Source of the DNA: Podarcis melisellensis
Lineage: Eukaryota
Assembly: GCA_964234715.1 (NCBI GenBank)
Contig: OZ174277.1
Strand: one strand, 5' to 3'
DNA: 64,000 nt
In this document: positions 38,172 to 50,569 of the stretch, piece after piece
How positions within the stretch are numbered: position 1 is the stretch's first letter
Layout: every line of letters starts with the position of its first letter
The notes under the pieces: generated by a model
The model's database searches: none
Told to the model about the DNA's origin: nothing
Seen by the model: only the letters and a program-made list of their open reading frames with translations
Position numbers and translations under genes: made by a program

Positions 38172-38793
38172 TATTTGAAAGCGCAACAGGACAAAGTGTG
38201 AACTATTCTGCCCAAACCCCTAGAAAACGTTGAGTTCAGACAACAGTCTGAAAGTCATTTCTGGCTCACATTGACAAAACTATTGCCAATTTACAAGGAT
38301 TAATTACATATAGTATGACTATTCAGACATACAGTTATTAGAAAGCACATACAATGACCTGACAACCTCCAAAAGGAAATGGAATTGATTAAAACAGCAA
38401 AACTGGCAGGAGGGGGGCATTTTGTGCAAATCCTTTCAATGTGAATGTGCCCAAGAACATTGCTTTCCCTTTGAGAGCATTCTCTCTGGCCACAGACTTG
38501 GGGATTGGGGGGTGGGTATGAGAAATAAGGCCTTGTGAGCTGGGACACCCAAATTGTGGAAAGGCCTTGCTTTTTCATTTGTGGGAAAATGCTGAGAACA
38601 GCTCCATTAGCTATTGCTACTGTCATTCTGATGCTTTTCTTTTAGTGTATTTTATTAGTTGCTGTTTCTTAAGCAATACTTGTGAGCCGCATGGCAGTGC
38701 AGAAAAATAGTTATCAATTATATGGGGTAGATCCAGACTTATCCTTCCATGAAGGAGAGCAACTGAGATCCACTGGGGACTGTTCCACTGGAG

Positions 38794-38800
<7 letters not shown>

Positions 38801-38864
<64 letters not shown>

Positions 38865-38891
38865 AGAAGGAGAAAGAGAAAGAGAAAGAGA
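38801..38891. repeat. (AG)n microsatellite with degenerate purine extension
   Basis: Pure AG repeat at 38801-38860. Confidence 0.97.
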
Positions 38892-39080
38892 CCTCAGCAG
38901 CACATTATTGCTGCACCAATGGGTCCCTTGATCATCCACAACAGCTGGAGGACGGAGGCAAAGGAGGAATGGGAGAAAAACCCATTCTTAATTACTTGAG
39001 AGTATTCCCCATTGGATGAAGAGGAACTTCTGAGAAAACATGCATAGGACTGCATAGGTTGCACATCACTTGGCAAAATA

Positions 39081-39322
39081 CAGTGGTACCTCGTGTTGCG
39101 AACTGTCCCCCTTACAAATTCTTCGGGTTACGTGCTCCGCTAACCCAGAAGTAGATGCCCCTTGTTGCGAACTTTGCCCCGGGATGCGAGCAGAGATCGC
39201 ACTCTGGTGGCGCGGCAACAGCAGGAGGTGCCATTAGCAGAAGTGTGCCTCATGTTACAAGTGGTTTCTGGTTACGAACGGACCTCTGGAATGGATTAAG
39301 TTCATAACCGTAGGTACCACTG
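39081..39322. mobile_element. Tc1/mariner MITE, related to 17302-17527
   Basis: TA|CAGTGGTACCTCG ... GTAGGTACCACTG|TA; shares CTCCGCTAACCCAGAA and GAACTTTGC internally. Confidence 0.9.
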
Positions 39323-39353
39323 TATGTAGATGTAGACCCAGTATCAGGAGTTG

Positions 39354-39562
39354 AATACCCTCCAACATTCCCTTGATGAAAATCAGGAGGCGAGTCAGCT
39401 GGCTTACACCAGAGTGCGGCTTACACGAGTTAGCTGACTCTTGCAAGAGCACGGCACCACTGCAAGGGCCAGCGCATCCCTGGGACACTCCAGGATCAAA
39501 TCAGAAGCTGGGATGGCTTCTGTAATTTCAGGAATGTCCTGTTATAACGGTTGGAGGGTATG
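39354..39562. mobile_element. hAT-like MITE
   Basis: TIRs ATACCCTCCAAC ... GTTGGAGGGTATG; TSD not evident. Confidence 0.7.
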
Positions 39563-40005
39563 GCATTGACATCACAGGACTGAGGCTCATACTCCAACTG
39601 TCAGACGTCTAGCCCTATTCTTATTCTTCCCTTGCCTGTTCACCCGCTCATGTCTAGCTTATTAAGAGTGACAAAAGCAAGGGAACAGATTAATAGTCTC
39701 CACTTGCATAGCTTTCTCCTTCTGCCCAGAAGCAGAGGGCTGGTGACTGGCTATTTATGAGAGTGGCAAGGGGAAGAGGCCCCTATCAGGGAGGGGAACC
39801 AGCCCAGGAGGTGCCAGGAATTCTCAAGCCTATATTATGCAGTTAAATGGAAGTTAAATTCTATTAAAAATTTTATTGCTACCTAAACAACACAGCTACC
39901 ATTAGAAGAAAGAAAGCTGCTATTACCTCTTTGTTTCTTTGTTAATTATATCCTCCAAAATAGAACATAAGCTCACTGTTTTTTGTATTAATCCATCCAT
40001 CCATT

Positions 40006-40040
<35 letters not shown>

Positions 40041-40195
40041 TTTCATTATTTTTTTTAAAGCATTTATAAGCTCCATTTAAAGAGACACCCCTCCCATGGT
40101 AGATCACAATATCAACTTATGTAGCAGATCTGATCTAAGAAGGAAAACTGTGTCAAAACCTGTCATATTTGGCGAAGGGCGTTGCTTGGTTGATA

Positions 40196-40341
40196 CAGTG
40201 GTGCCCCGCAAGATGAATGCCTCGCAAAACGAAAAACGCGCAAGACGAAAGGGTTTTTCGGTTTTTGCGTCGCTTCGCAAGACAAATTTCCCTATGGGCT
40301 TGCTTCGCAAGACGTTTTCGTCTTTTTTCCTAAAGCCGCTT
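40196..40341. mobile_element. Truncated Tc1/mariner MITE (left end only)
   Basis: TA|CAGTGGTGCCCCGCAAGA, CpG-rich CGCAAGACG repeats; no right TIR. Confidence 0.75.
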
Positions 40342-42387
40342 GAAAATTTTCTAAAATTTTCTCTTATGTCTGTCTAGTCATGGATCTACTGAGCTGAAAG
40401 TGACAAGCTACTGAAAAATCATTTTGTCAGACCTCTTGTTCAACACAATATCATTAGTAGTGACTGACTAACTCGTCAGTGTAGGAGTTAACCATCGTGT
40501 TCATAACCAACAAGTTACTCAGACTGAGGTGCCAAGCTAGAGTAAACAGATGAGACTTCGTTGGCTATTTGTAGCCAGAGCCAACAACTTTAGGAATATA
40601 AGGGATGCTATTGGTTATTCATATTACCTCATCTTATTGTGAGCTCAACTGGGATAGTTCCCTCCCAGTAAGCCAGGAGCAATGCAGCCCCACCAGCCAC
40701 TACTGCTTCCTCCTATAATAATTTTCTTCTCTTACACTCATCTATTCTATTTCCAATTTATTTGTTGATGATAATGATGATAGCTATTCATCTTTTATCT
40801 TTTCTGGCCCTTTTACCTCAGAGGAGGAATGTACTGTAATGCCTACTCTACTGAACTCATTTGTAAACTGACCACCTTTGCCCATCACACATAGCGTGGG
40901 GGGCAGGCAAGTTAGGAAGCGCTGGAGAGGCTGTGGCACTGAGCTCTACCAGAACGTGGCCCAAGGCCTAGCGATGGGTCTGAGCCCACTGTTTGAGAAA
41001 CACTGGTACAGATTGAGTCTCGTATGTTCAGATGATTCCACCCATTTGTTTCATATAGATGTTAAACATCATGAGGGGGAAAGATGGGACCCAGAAATAG
41101 AATCTTCAAGGGGTTAGTCTCCAATTAAAAGTGAACCACTACAAAGCAGTGCCACCAATCACAACTCAGAAAGCCTGCCCAACATGATCAGCAGTATCAA
41201 AGGCCACTAAGAAGTCTAAGAAAATTAACAAGGCCACACTCTCCCTGCCTTTCCCTCAATACATGCCATTCTGCTGGTTGTTCAAGGCAGTTTCAGTTCC
41301 AAAACCTACTCCAAATTAAAAAGAATCTAGAAATCAGCTTTGTCCAAAAGTATATAGAGTTGCCCAACAACCACCCTTCAGCAACTACTATCAAGGAAGG
41401 TTAGATACCGGTCTATTGCTAACCTCTTCTGGATCCAGGTTAGGTTTTTCATCAGAGGCCAAATCACTGTCTCCATTAAAAGAAACTGGTCCCACTCTCA
41501 TTTCCTGGATCCAACCAGACAATCACTTTGTTAGAATTTGATGAACAATGATGGACAAGGTCAAGCATACAAACCTGGACCTCAGCAACTGAAAGTTGCC
41601 CCTACAAATTAGACTTTAAAAACCACAGAATTGCAACAACATAAAAAGTAAACTCAAGACCATCTCGGAGCAAGGTAAACAGGCAAGGCAACATACATGT
41701 CAACAGTTCATAGTCTCAGCCACAGCTACAATTGTGATATTCTGTTACTATGTTATGTGAGCAAATTCAAAATTTTGCATTCCAGTTCTTACTTCCAGCA
41801 ATTGATTCCTATTAAGTGGTAATTACCATGAGAGTTAGCATAACTCTCGTCTAAATGTCTCATCATTATCCAAACTTCTGCAACTTTATTTCCAGCATAC
41901 TGTAGCACCGTTATTTCATTCGTCCTCAAAAACCCATGAGAGAAGCCAGTACTGTACCCCAGATTCTGGGAAAATGGATTGAGAAAGAAATAGACTTCCA
42001 ACTGGACCTGACTTAAGACAACGTACCAGATGTAGTAAAGAAATAAACTAAATAGACTGACACAAAGACTTGGGGCAGAATGATAGAGATAGAGAAAGGT
42101 GATAGCGTCAGCCATCATTGCCTGTGGCATAACTTGTACCTTTTTCTAACTCTCTTTAATCTCTGGCCAAATCTATAAAACTACTCCAGAAGGAATTCAA
42201 AGGCGGTAATACATATTTGTTGTGGGCTTCCATTGCCTTAGCTTCAGTGAGTCATGCAAGGAAACTAGAACAGTTTTGCAACATTTTTAGATTTGTTTGT
42301 TAACATAAAGTGAAAAAAGGCAATATATAATCATAAAGGTGCTGCTGATATATATAGGCAATTATTACAACGATACTTGCTTCCCAC

Positions 42388-42465
42388 TGCGGGAGGCAGT
42401 GGAAGACAGGAGTGCCTGGCGTGCTCTGGTCCATGGGGTCACAACTAAACGACTAAACAACAACA
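42388..42465 (+). mobile_element. BovB (RTE) LINE extreme 3' end
   Basis: GGGAGGCAGTGGAAGACAGGAGTGCCTGGCGTGCTCTGGTCCATGGGGTCAC plus (CAA)n; 13-bp TSD ACTTGCTTCCCAC at 42375-42387 and 42466-42478. Confidence 0.93.
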
Positions 42466-42855
42466 ACTTGCTTCCCACAAGCAATTCCCTGCTTAAAAAC
42501 CATATTTACAAGAACAGAGACTGCTCCACATTAGGTGCTTTTCACTCACTTTTTACATGGCATCCACACAATGTCATCATGCAGTCATTGTCATCTTGGT
42601 TTTTTCCTTGTGGTTCTTTTAAAAAAAATTCCCCCTCAGGTGGCAGAAGTCTGACTTTGGTACTCTGGGGCAGGTACCATTTTTAAGACAACCTCCTTTT
42701 TAATGAAGTGATCTTTTAGTTATTGCTAAAATGCTTTTCCAGCTATTTACATTTTAATGAAAGGAAGGTATAGTGCTATAACACAACCATGCTGGCTATA
42801 AGTCAAGACCATCTTGGCTGTGAGTCCTTGAAGAGCTGTTACCTGCCTGGCAGTC

Positions 42856-43140
42856 CTTTTTTCACCTGGCCTGGGGGGGTGTTTACAGAACAGACCCTTG
42901 GGCTGGGGTATTGTTTAGAGGGTTTCGCTGAGGGTGGGTTGTTGCTGTTATTGATATTAACTTTTTGTATCTTTATTTTATATCTTATTATGATTTATGT
43001 GGAAATTGTTCCATTTGTTTACTTTTGATGTTTTATTGATGGTTTATGACTATTTTTGTTGTTTGTAATCGTGGTTTTTTTTACATGTCGTCAGCCTCCT
43101 TGAACATGGTTTTAACCATGGAAAGGTGGCATACAAATAT
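42856..43140 (+). mobile_element. L2 3'UTR remnant
   Basis: T-rich UTR ending GCCTCCTTGAAC..GGAAAGGTGGCATACAAAT. Confidence 0.55.
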
Positions 43141-43145
43141 ATGTT

Positions 43146-43172
43146 TGCATGCATGCATGCATGCATGCATGC
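43146..43172. repeat. (TGCA)n self-complementary microsatellite
   Basis: TGCATGCATGCATGCATGCATGCATGC. Confidence 0.95.
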
Positions 43173-46100
43173 TATAACATAATTTTTACAGAAAATAGAA
43201 ATCTTTTTAACCATCATTATCCATGCTGCTAAAATGGTGGTAACTGGAAAGTTAATTTTCTTTTAAAATGAGCATTCTAGCACTATAGCACCATAATACA
43301 GAAAGTAACATTAAAGTATGGTGGTGTTGGTAGTGCCATAACTCTATTTCAGCAAAGTATTTTAGCAATGCTTAAGATGTGGTCACAAAATGTGGGTCAT
43401 AAAAGAGCTATAGTCAAAGTGTACTGTCCAAAGTATACTGGACAGTGTTGTGAGCCACTCATCTGAAGCAGTCAGTGAGTGTGCCTTCTCTTCAGCACTA
43501 AAGCTAAGCTCTCCTGGGGCTCTATGCTTTTTTAAGGGGAAAAGAAGCTTTTCTTCTGGAGCAATTTACTCAGGTCTGAAGCAAGGCTCTTCTTTCTCCT
43601 TTATTATATAGAATCTGTATAGCTTTTCATAACCAGACATAGATTGAAGCTAGTGTTACTGTACAGTTAAGTGAGGAAATGAACTCATTTATCCACCAAA
43701 AATAAATTGCACACAAATTCCACAGACAAAAACGGATATGATTCCTTTTACAGTGCGCCTTACTTAGTTTCATGTGCAACCACACTGGCAACTACACCAC
43801 TAAGCATTTTTCCTAGCATCTCCATTTACAACGCTGAGGTATCACTGACAGCTGGCAGCTATGCTACTAAGTCTTCAACTTTTACTCTCACTTATAACAT
43901 ACTTCAGTAACAGGTTTCATCTGAAGATTTACACATTCCCTCATTATCTTCCTGCTTTCTAGATGATTTACGATTCTGTCAGAATGTAGCGGTTTTGTTA
44001 CAGATCCCTAGGAACCTATTATTTCCCTTCAAAGTTTTATTAGTCTTACTCAGTGTTCTTCTGCTTTTCATCCCAGCAAAATCTATTTTAAATTAAGCTA
44101 ACAAGACAATGAGTTAAATGATTCTCATGCAGACAACTGTGCTCAATGTGCAGTTGTTTGAAAATCAACTCCCCAACCCAAGTCGGGGGTGGAGCTGAAA
44201 GCATGGTCCTCCTTCAATCCATGCCCTACATGTGAGTGATGCATCAGGTTGCCCTGGTGTTATTGAAGAACATTTGAGCTAGGGAGGCTCCTCCCATCTA
44301 CCTGAGCTTCAGGCTGTTCTGTAAGGCCCTCTGTTTGAAGATTTTTGGCTACTTAGTTGGACAGTATTGTGGAACCCTACTTGTTAACTTTGTATTATTG
44401 TTAATTTACTGGGTGACTTTGTAGTTGTTTTTATGTTGTATACTGCTGTCAGCACTGGAAAAGGCAAGTGATAGAAAGAGGAAGGTAAATTGCTTGTTTG
44501 GAACTTGCATGGTACTTCAACATAGAATTAGTTTTAGTAAGATTAAAAATTTAAAGTTTATATCTGCTTTTTTCAGCAATCACGTCTGATTATTTTCTAT
44601 ATGAATATGTTCTTTCTTCTTTCAAAGCACACAAATATGAAACTATAAAGGCCTCTTTGTCTTTACTTGAGAATAAAAAAAGGCTCAAAAGCATAACTAA
44701 CTTCATGCATGAATTTCACTCAGATTGAATAATGAAAATAATTATCTGTTTCAGAACAGATTCAGTTTTTGGTTTTTGCAAGTTACATGCCTGCTGGGTC
44801 TGGGTTACAGGCACTGCATGGGGGAATAGTTAAAATCAAGCTATTCTTACAGCACATATCTTGCTACCTGACTGCCTTTCATCACTTCAGAGGGAGCTAG
44901 AAAGTGGATTAAAAAGTCAGAGGCTTTATTGATCGAACTTATTAACATTTAAAAAAAAACCCCTCCTATTTGTATTCTAGGATATCAATATTATGGTTCT
45001 GACACATTACTGCTAACTCTGTTCCTTCTGCCTACGGATTTGCAAACTGTAAGTTCTTAGTCTTATGACCACCTTTCATGCACTGGTATGACTTTGAAAG
45101 TCTGCTAATGAAGAAAGTGTCACTCCTTCTCTTCTCATTATTTTTTCACTTATTTTGTTCTTATTTTATTATATGAGGGGACAGCCAAACAGTTCTCCAC
45201 CAAAAGAGAACAGAGCTGGGTTTGGAATTTGGTTGGTATTTGGGCAGAGTCATCCATCTAGTAATCTCCTATGCTGGGCAGCCTATGAAGATGGTTCAAA
45301 AACTGTGGTTAGTGCGCAATGCTGAAATGAACTTTAAGACTGGGAAAATGAGAAACTGAGAGAAACTGAAATCGATAGTCACCCATTCCCTACTCCTGTC
45401 CTAGCTCAACTATACTGGCTACCAATTTGAAGTCTAGCACTCCTCAACACAGCATTTCAATGAGAACAAAACATCTTCCAAAAGCTATTTTAAAAATTCC
45501 TTGGTTATAAAAAATATCGAAATATCTGGGAATATGGTTACCAGCAGACTTAGTCAAGTTCATTTAAAAAAAAATCACAATAAGCTATACGCTAAAACAA
45601 AATGTGATTTGGGGTTCTGGAGATCATTTCCAGTATCATGGATGCACATACTGGATATTAGGTTGTTTTGCACAATGCTCTAGATGCTACGTTTAGGTAG
45701 AATAATGAAAATATTTTAAAACTTGAGATTATAATATTCTATATTATACTGTATCAAAGTTTGTTATTCTCTATCTAATTTTTCATGAAGCTCTGTCTCT
45801 GTGTTCTGCTTGACATTTCTAAAGGCATTGACAGGGGAGTGGTTCTTGGTGCATAATGCACTAAATCCTCTGACCACTGAGAAGCTCCCCCTGTCCCCAC
45901 CCAATCCCCAGATAGGCTGCTCTGATTTCCCATGGCTGCTATTTACATATTTTAACATATGCGCATTAACTGCATCCATACAATTAACATTACGTTTAGT
46001 TTGTACACTATACTTAGCCAGATGTATCAATGGTCTAACTCGGTACAAGGCAACTTCTTAGGTTCTTCTGAAGTTGTGATCCTGTATTGATGCACGGATT

Positions 46101-46102
<2 letters not shown>

Positions 46103-46138
<36 letters not shown>
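46103..46138. repeat. (CA)n microsatellite
   Basis: Directly visible. Confidence 0.97.
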
Positions 46139-46139
<1 letters not shown>

Positions 46140-47798
46140 ACTTTAATTGTAATCACTTCTGGTAGAACTGCAATTCCCAGGGAGGAGGGAATTACTACAG
46201 TTTAAATCTGTAAGATAATTATGGTCTATGGGTTTAAACTATAGTGCTATTTTTAATAAAAGAAACAGGTCAACTGAAAAACAATATTTTATGTGTTACT
46301 TTAAATACACAATGATTCAGTTAATTACTAGTAACATCTGCTAAATGTTATGTGATTAAGATGGCATTGACCTTAAATTATTAAATTGCCACATAGTTCT
46401 TTTTTAAAAAATCACTCTCTTTATATGGCTAAAACTGGACCATATCTTATTACTATCTAAGAGTAGAAATCTGTGTAACTTGGAAAGCTTTCTGTTTTCA
46501 CACAGAGATGCCAATCCAATATCACAGTTTCTGTCCTATTACGGGGGGGGGGGGGGGAGTTAACTACCACATATTACTCAGGGAAACAAACATAGCACTT
46601 CACAAAGGCTCGTTCTTAATACACTGGGGTATTTGTCACTAAAATATTTATAGAATATTTTAGTAAAAGACAACACCTCTAATCTGAAGATGTAGCCCTA
46701 ATTCCAGATATGTTGTATACATTCACTGTTTCCTGTACAGTATGCACATTTTATGTTCATCCTGGATACAAATGAATCCCATGAACATAAAAGTTATGTC
46801 ATCCCAAATCCTGCTGGATTCATTTTCATTTTACTTATTTAATATTTTCTTAAGTGTGCTAACTATTTAATTCAGGTTAAAATCTTGAAACCACTTAAGA
46901 TTAATAGTACTGCAATCCATGATAACAGCTTAAAAACTGCTGTTTTATGTGCAATTTGTCATGGCTAGAACATGTGACTTTTTAAATAATACTTTCGTTC
47001 CTTGCTCCTGAATGGGTCAGAGAGAAAACTGGGGAGAGACCTGGCACACAAATCCTCACTGAATAGTAACTGTTGAATTACTGGACCAGTTTTAGAAAAA
47101 TAAGGATGAAATCTGCATTTATGTGCAAGTTATTCAGCTTCTGACAGGCATTCCTTCAATTTGGTTGCTCTTTTGAAGGATCAGTCACACTGCAATATAC
47201 CGAAGACACACCATAAATAAAAGTGACGTTATGAAAACACAGTTTGAAGAAACTTTTTAATTACTCCCCTGGGCACCATGAGTTGTGTTTAACATGCTGA
47301 AAATAAAAACAGCAGTAAACAAAAGTGATTCTGAGGAAGAGCAGAACGTGAAAAAGCTGAGTTATTTTGACTTACTTTTATTTCAGAAAGAAGTTTCCAT
47401 TGCTTCTGTTGTTCTGTTATTGGCTGACAGGGTCACGGGACCTTGTGAACTAAAATAGAAAAGCCTCAGCAGAGGGAGACTGAAGCAGCAGAATGCCGAG
47501 GAGAGAAATGAACTTTAAAACATATAATACACATGAGCTACATTGGCCTGTAAAGTCTGTAGAGAAAAGTTCAGTTTTCTTCCACTGAAGTAAGGGCATC
47601 CAGTGTTAAAACCTCTCAACCATTGAACTTGGGAAATTTGTTTTTAAAAGTCCTGTTAAATTTGAGTTAAGGTTTCCCCCCCCCCCTCTCCTCTGCAAAT
47701 TGTTGTTTGTGTATTAGGAACTTTTACAAGGCCTACTGGGCCAAATTGGGGCTCCAAAACAAGAATAGCCTAGAAGCAAACTCATTTCAGAAATATGT

Positions 47799-47833
47799 AA
47801 GTCGGACATGACTAAACAACTAAACAACAACAA
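47799..47833 (+). mobile_element. BovB tail remnant
   Basis: AGTCGGACATGACTAAACAACTAAACAACAACAA. Confidence 0.7.
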
Positions 47834-47873
47834 ATGCTTCACCGTTTCCAAGAGTACATGTTGCAATCCCACT

Positions 47874-48587
47874 TGCAGCGACCCCTTTCCCAGGAGCTAG
47901 TCCTAGTCTAGGAAGGTGGACAAATGAGACAAGAACAATGTTCTGGGATTTGAAATTGGGCACAATTCCAGATATTCCAGATATATGTAGGATTTGGTTT
48001 AGGCATTGGGTATGTATCCCTCCCAGCATCCTGGTGGAAGGCTGAGGCATGAAAGGTTGATCATGGGATTAATGGGTCCATCACAAGATGCAGGTCTACA
48101 TGGATGGCCCTCCCATACCGCTGAAGGAAGAATTCCACCCCAGTGCCTACGTCAGCTAAAGTTGTGACCATTGCTATGTGGAGGGCAAAGCCAGCAAACA
48201 GGGCGTATCTATTTGCAGGCAAATTCCGTCCCAGCTCTGGATACGGCAACCATTAAAGAACCAGAGCAAGGCCATTCATCACATAACTTAGAAGAAGAAA
48301 CGGTCCCAAAGGGTGAAAGGGAGGGAGGGATGGGGAGATGTGCTCTTTGGCTGACCGCAGTCCCAAAGTCAGGGCAGCCAGTCTTTTAAATCCAGAGGGT
48401 GGACTGTGGTGGAGCCTGCTCCACACTGGTTCACTCCTGAGCCCTGCCCCACCATGGACTGGCATGATTGGCTGGAATTCAAAACTGGGACTGGCAGGAA
48501 CTCCTGCCCTACTCCAAGGCCAGCACGGGGATTTCCCAACTGCCAGTTGTCCAGCCCAGCATTGCTCCCAGGGGTTAGGTCGCAACA
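47874..48587. mobile_element. Probable solo LTR
   Basis: Inverted termini TGCAGCGACCCC..CCCAGG / CCAGGGGTTAGGTCGCAACA around a GC-richer body; no clear TSD, and the left edge could be 47859. Confidence 0.5.
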
Positions 48588-50318
48588 GGTCACAACTGCC
48601 ACCTACCCCAGGACTGGGTAAGCAGCCATTATTAAAACTTTGCTTTGACAATTTTATGTCAATCATTAGGTCCTTCATTGAAAAAAATATTTATTTCTTG
48701 GTTAAAAGCTTTCATGCCTCAGTCAATGGGTTTTTTTACTAAATGACAAGACAGCTGTATCTTTGTCTACTCTTTTAATAGTTAATTGTTTTATATTGAG
48801 ATCATTTACAAAGCTATTGCACATGCCTGCCTTGCCTTTGTATTATTTAATTCAAAGGATTGCTGCAGATTAAAACATGAGAACAGACATGAGGTAAAAC
48901 TGAAAGAATCCCAACCTACTCTGACATTCAATCAAGTTAAATTCAGGTAGCTACCAAGTTAGAGACACCATTAATTTCAAGGTTATTTCTGAATCATAGA
49001 ACTCAGAAAAATCATCTTCTTCCCAGTGAACTTTTGGAGATTCTGCAAAATATATTAACATCATGAAGGTAGATTAATGCACTTTTCTCAAGAAAAGGTT
49101 TGGGCATCCTAATTTATATTTTACCCCAGTGATTATTCAAGTTTCTTCTGAACAAACCTACTGCATCCTCACATTTATGAAACATAATTAAAGGGGTTTT
49201 TTAATGTCCTTTGATACAAGTCAAATGGCAAGCTAACACCATAACAGAAGTTTTTGGAAGGATGTTCATAATCTCAACCTGTATCACGTTGAGCTTATTT
49301 TTGTGATCCATAGATCCTGTAAAAATGGTGTGCCCAGTACCATCAATAATTGCCTTTCACTCTCTTAAATGCAGTCCAAAACATACTTATTAGTAAGTCC
49401 CATTGGACACAGTGCAAAGGAGTTTCAGGAGTTTCAGTTTCAGGAGGATAGCACTCAGTGGGATATATGCAGAGGGAAGGATATGCTCTTCTGCAATGGA
49501 GCTTTCCATTTGATTTCATAACCGATGAATAGAATTAAAATATGCAAAATTACTCCAGGTGCCTTTACCACTCAGGCACTATGTTGCATGAATTCAAGAC
49601 AGATTATTATGTTACTGCAGTAACATGAGGGCTGCCAGTCCCATGCCACTCTCAGAGAATAATCATTTCACCCATACCTCACGACATTAAAAAGGTTGTG
49701 TGAACTGGCCTTAGTGTTATTCTCACTGAAGCATCTATTTGGCCCCATTTTCTGCTTGTACCAGCCAAAAATGCTTTGGCATTTCCTCCTTGTGATATGC
49801 AATGTTACTTGTCTGCCAAGGAACCATTCACAATAGGATCTTGTCACACTTAAGCTAGATAACTGGCCACACTCAATTCAAAAGGAAACTTTCTTCAAAT
49901 TCATTAAAGACATTACTTTTATTTTCATTTAGGATGAGAATAGGGAATTCTAAATCTATCCCCAAACAGTAGAACAAGATTGACTAGCTGTTCCATGTTC
50001 ACTTACCACACATACATATTGAAACATATCAGCTCTCTTTAATGATAGGATATAATTATTTCCACATTGTTGTGAATAGCAAATCCCTATTACTGAGTAT
50101 TTTTGTTTAAAAGGCAGTAAAATTTTCTGCTGATCATTCTTTAATTTTTACTATATGACAGTAGCCAAGAGCAATATCCTCAACCTATTAGATACTATCA
50201 ATAGCAATGGATTCAAAGACAAGTGTGTTGTGAAACAGAATGGGCATTAAATACAGATCTGGAGAGTTATCTAGTTTAATTTTGCATATTAGTTATCTGA
50301 ACATTGATCTACACTATA

Positions 50319-50569
50319 CAGTCGTACCTCAGAAGTTGAATAGAATTTGTTGCAGAAGTCCGTTTGACTTCCAAAATGTTCAGAAACCAAGGTGCGGCTT
50401 CCGATCGGTTTTCGATTGCGCAGGCACGGCGGAAACAATAGTGAAAGCTGTGCCAGACATTCGGCTTCCAAAAAATTGTTCAAAAACCAGAACACTCACT
50501 TCTGGTTTTTGATCGTTTGGGAGCCGGAACATTTGATTCCCAAGGCGTTCAGGAGCCAAGGTACAACTG
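50319..50569. mobile_element. Tc1/mariner MITE
   Basis: TA|CAGTCGTACCTC ... CAAGGTACAACTG|TA. Confidence 0.88.

Noticed and set aside
38682-38999. ER-repeat 'protein' ORF
   Set aside because: It is the translation of the (AG)n microsatellite.
41200-42130. Possible DIRS tyrosine-recombinase remnant, or the 113-aa minus-strand ORF as an exon
   Set aside because: Only faint motif resemblance (e.g. ILGKWIEKEI), no catalytic HSTR-like motif found and no good splice acceptor. A profile-HMM search would be needed.
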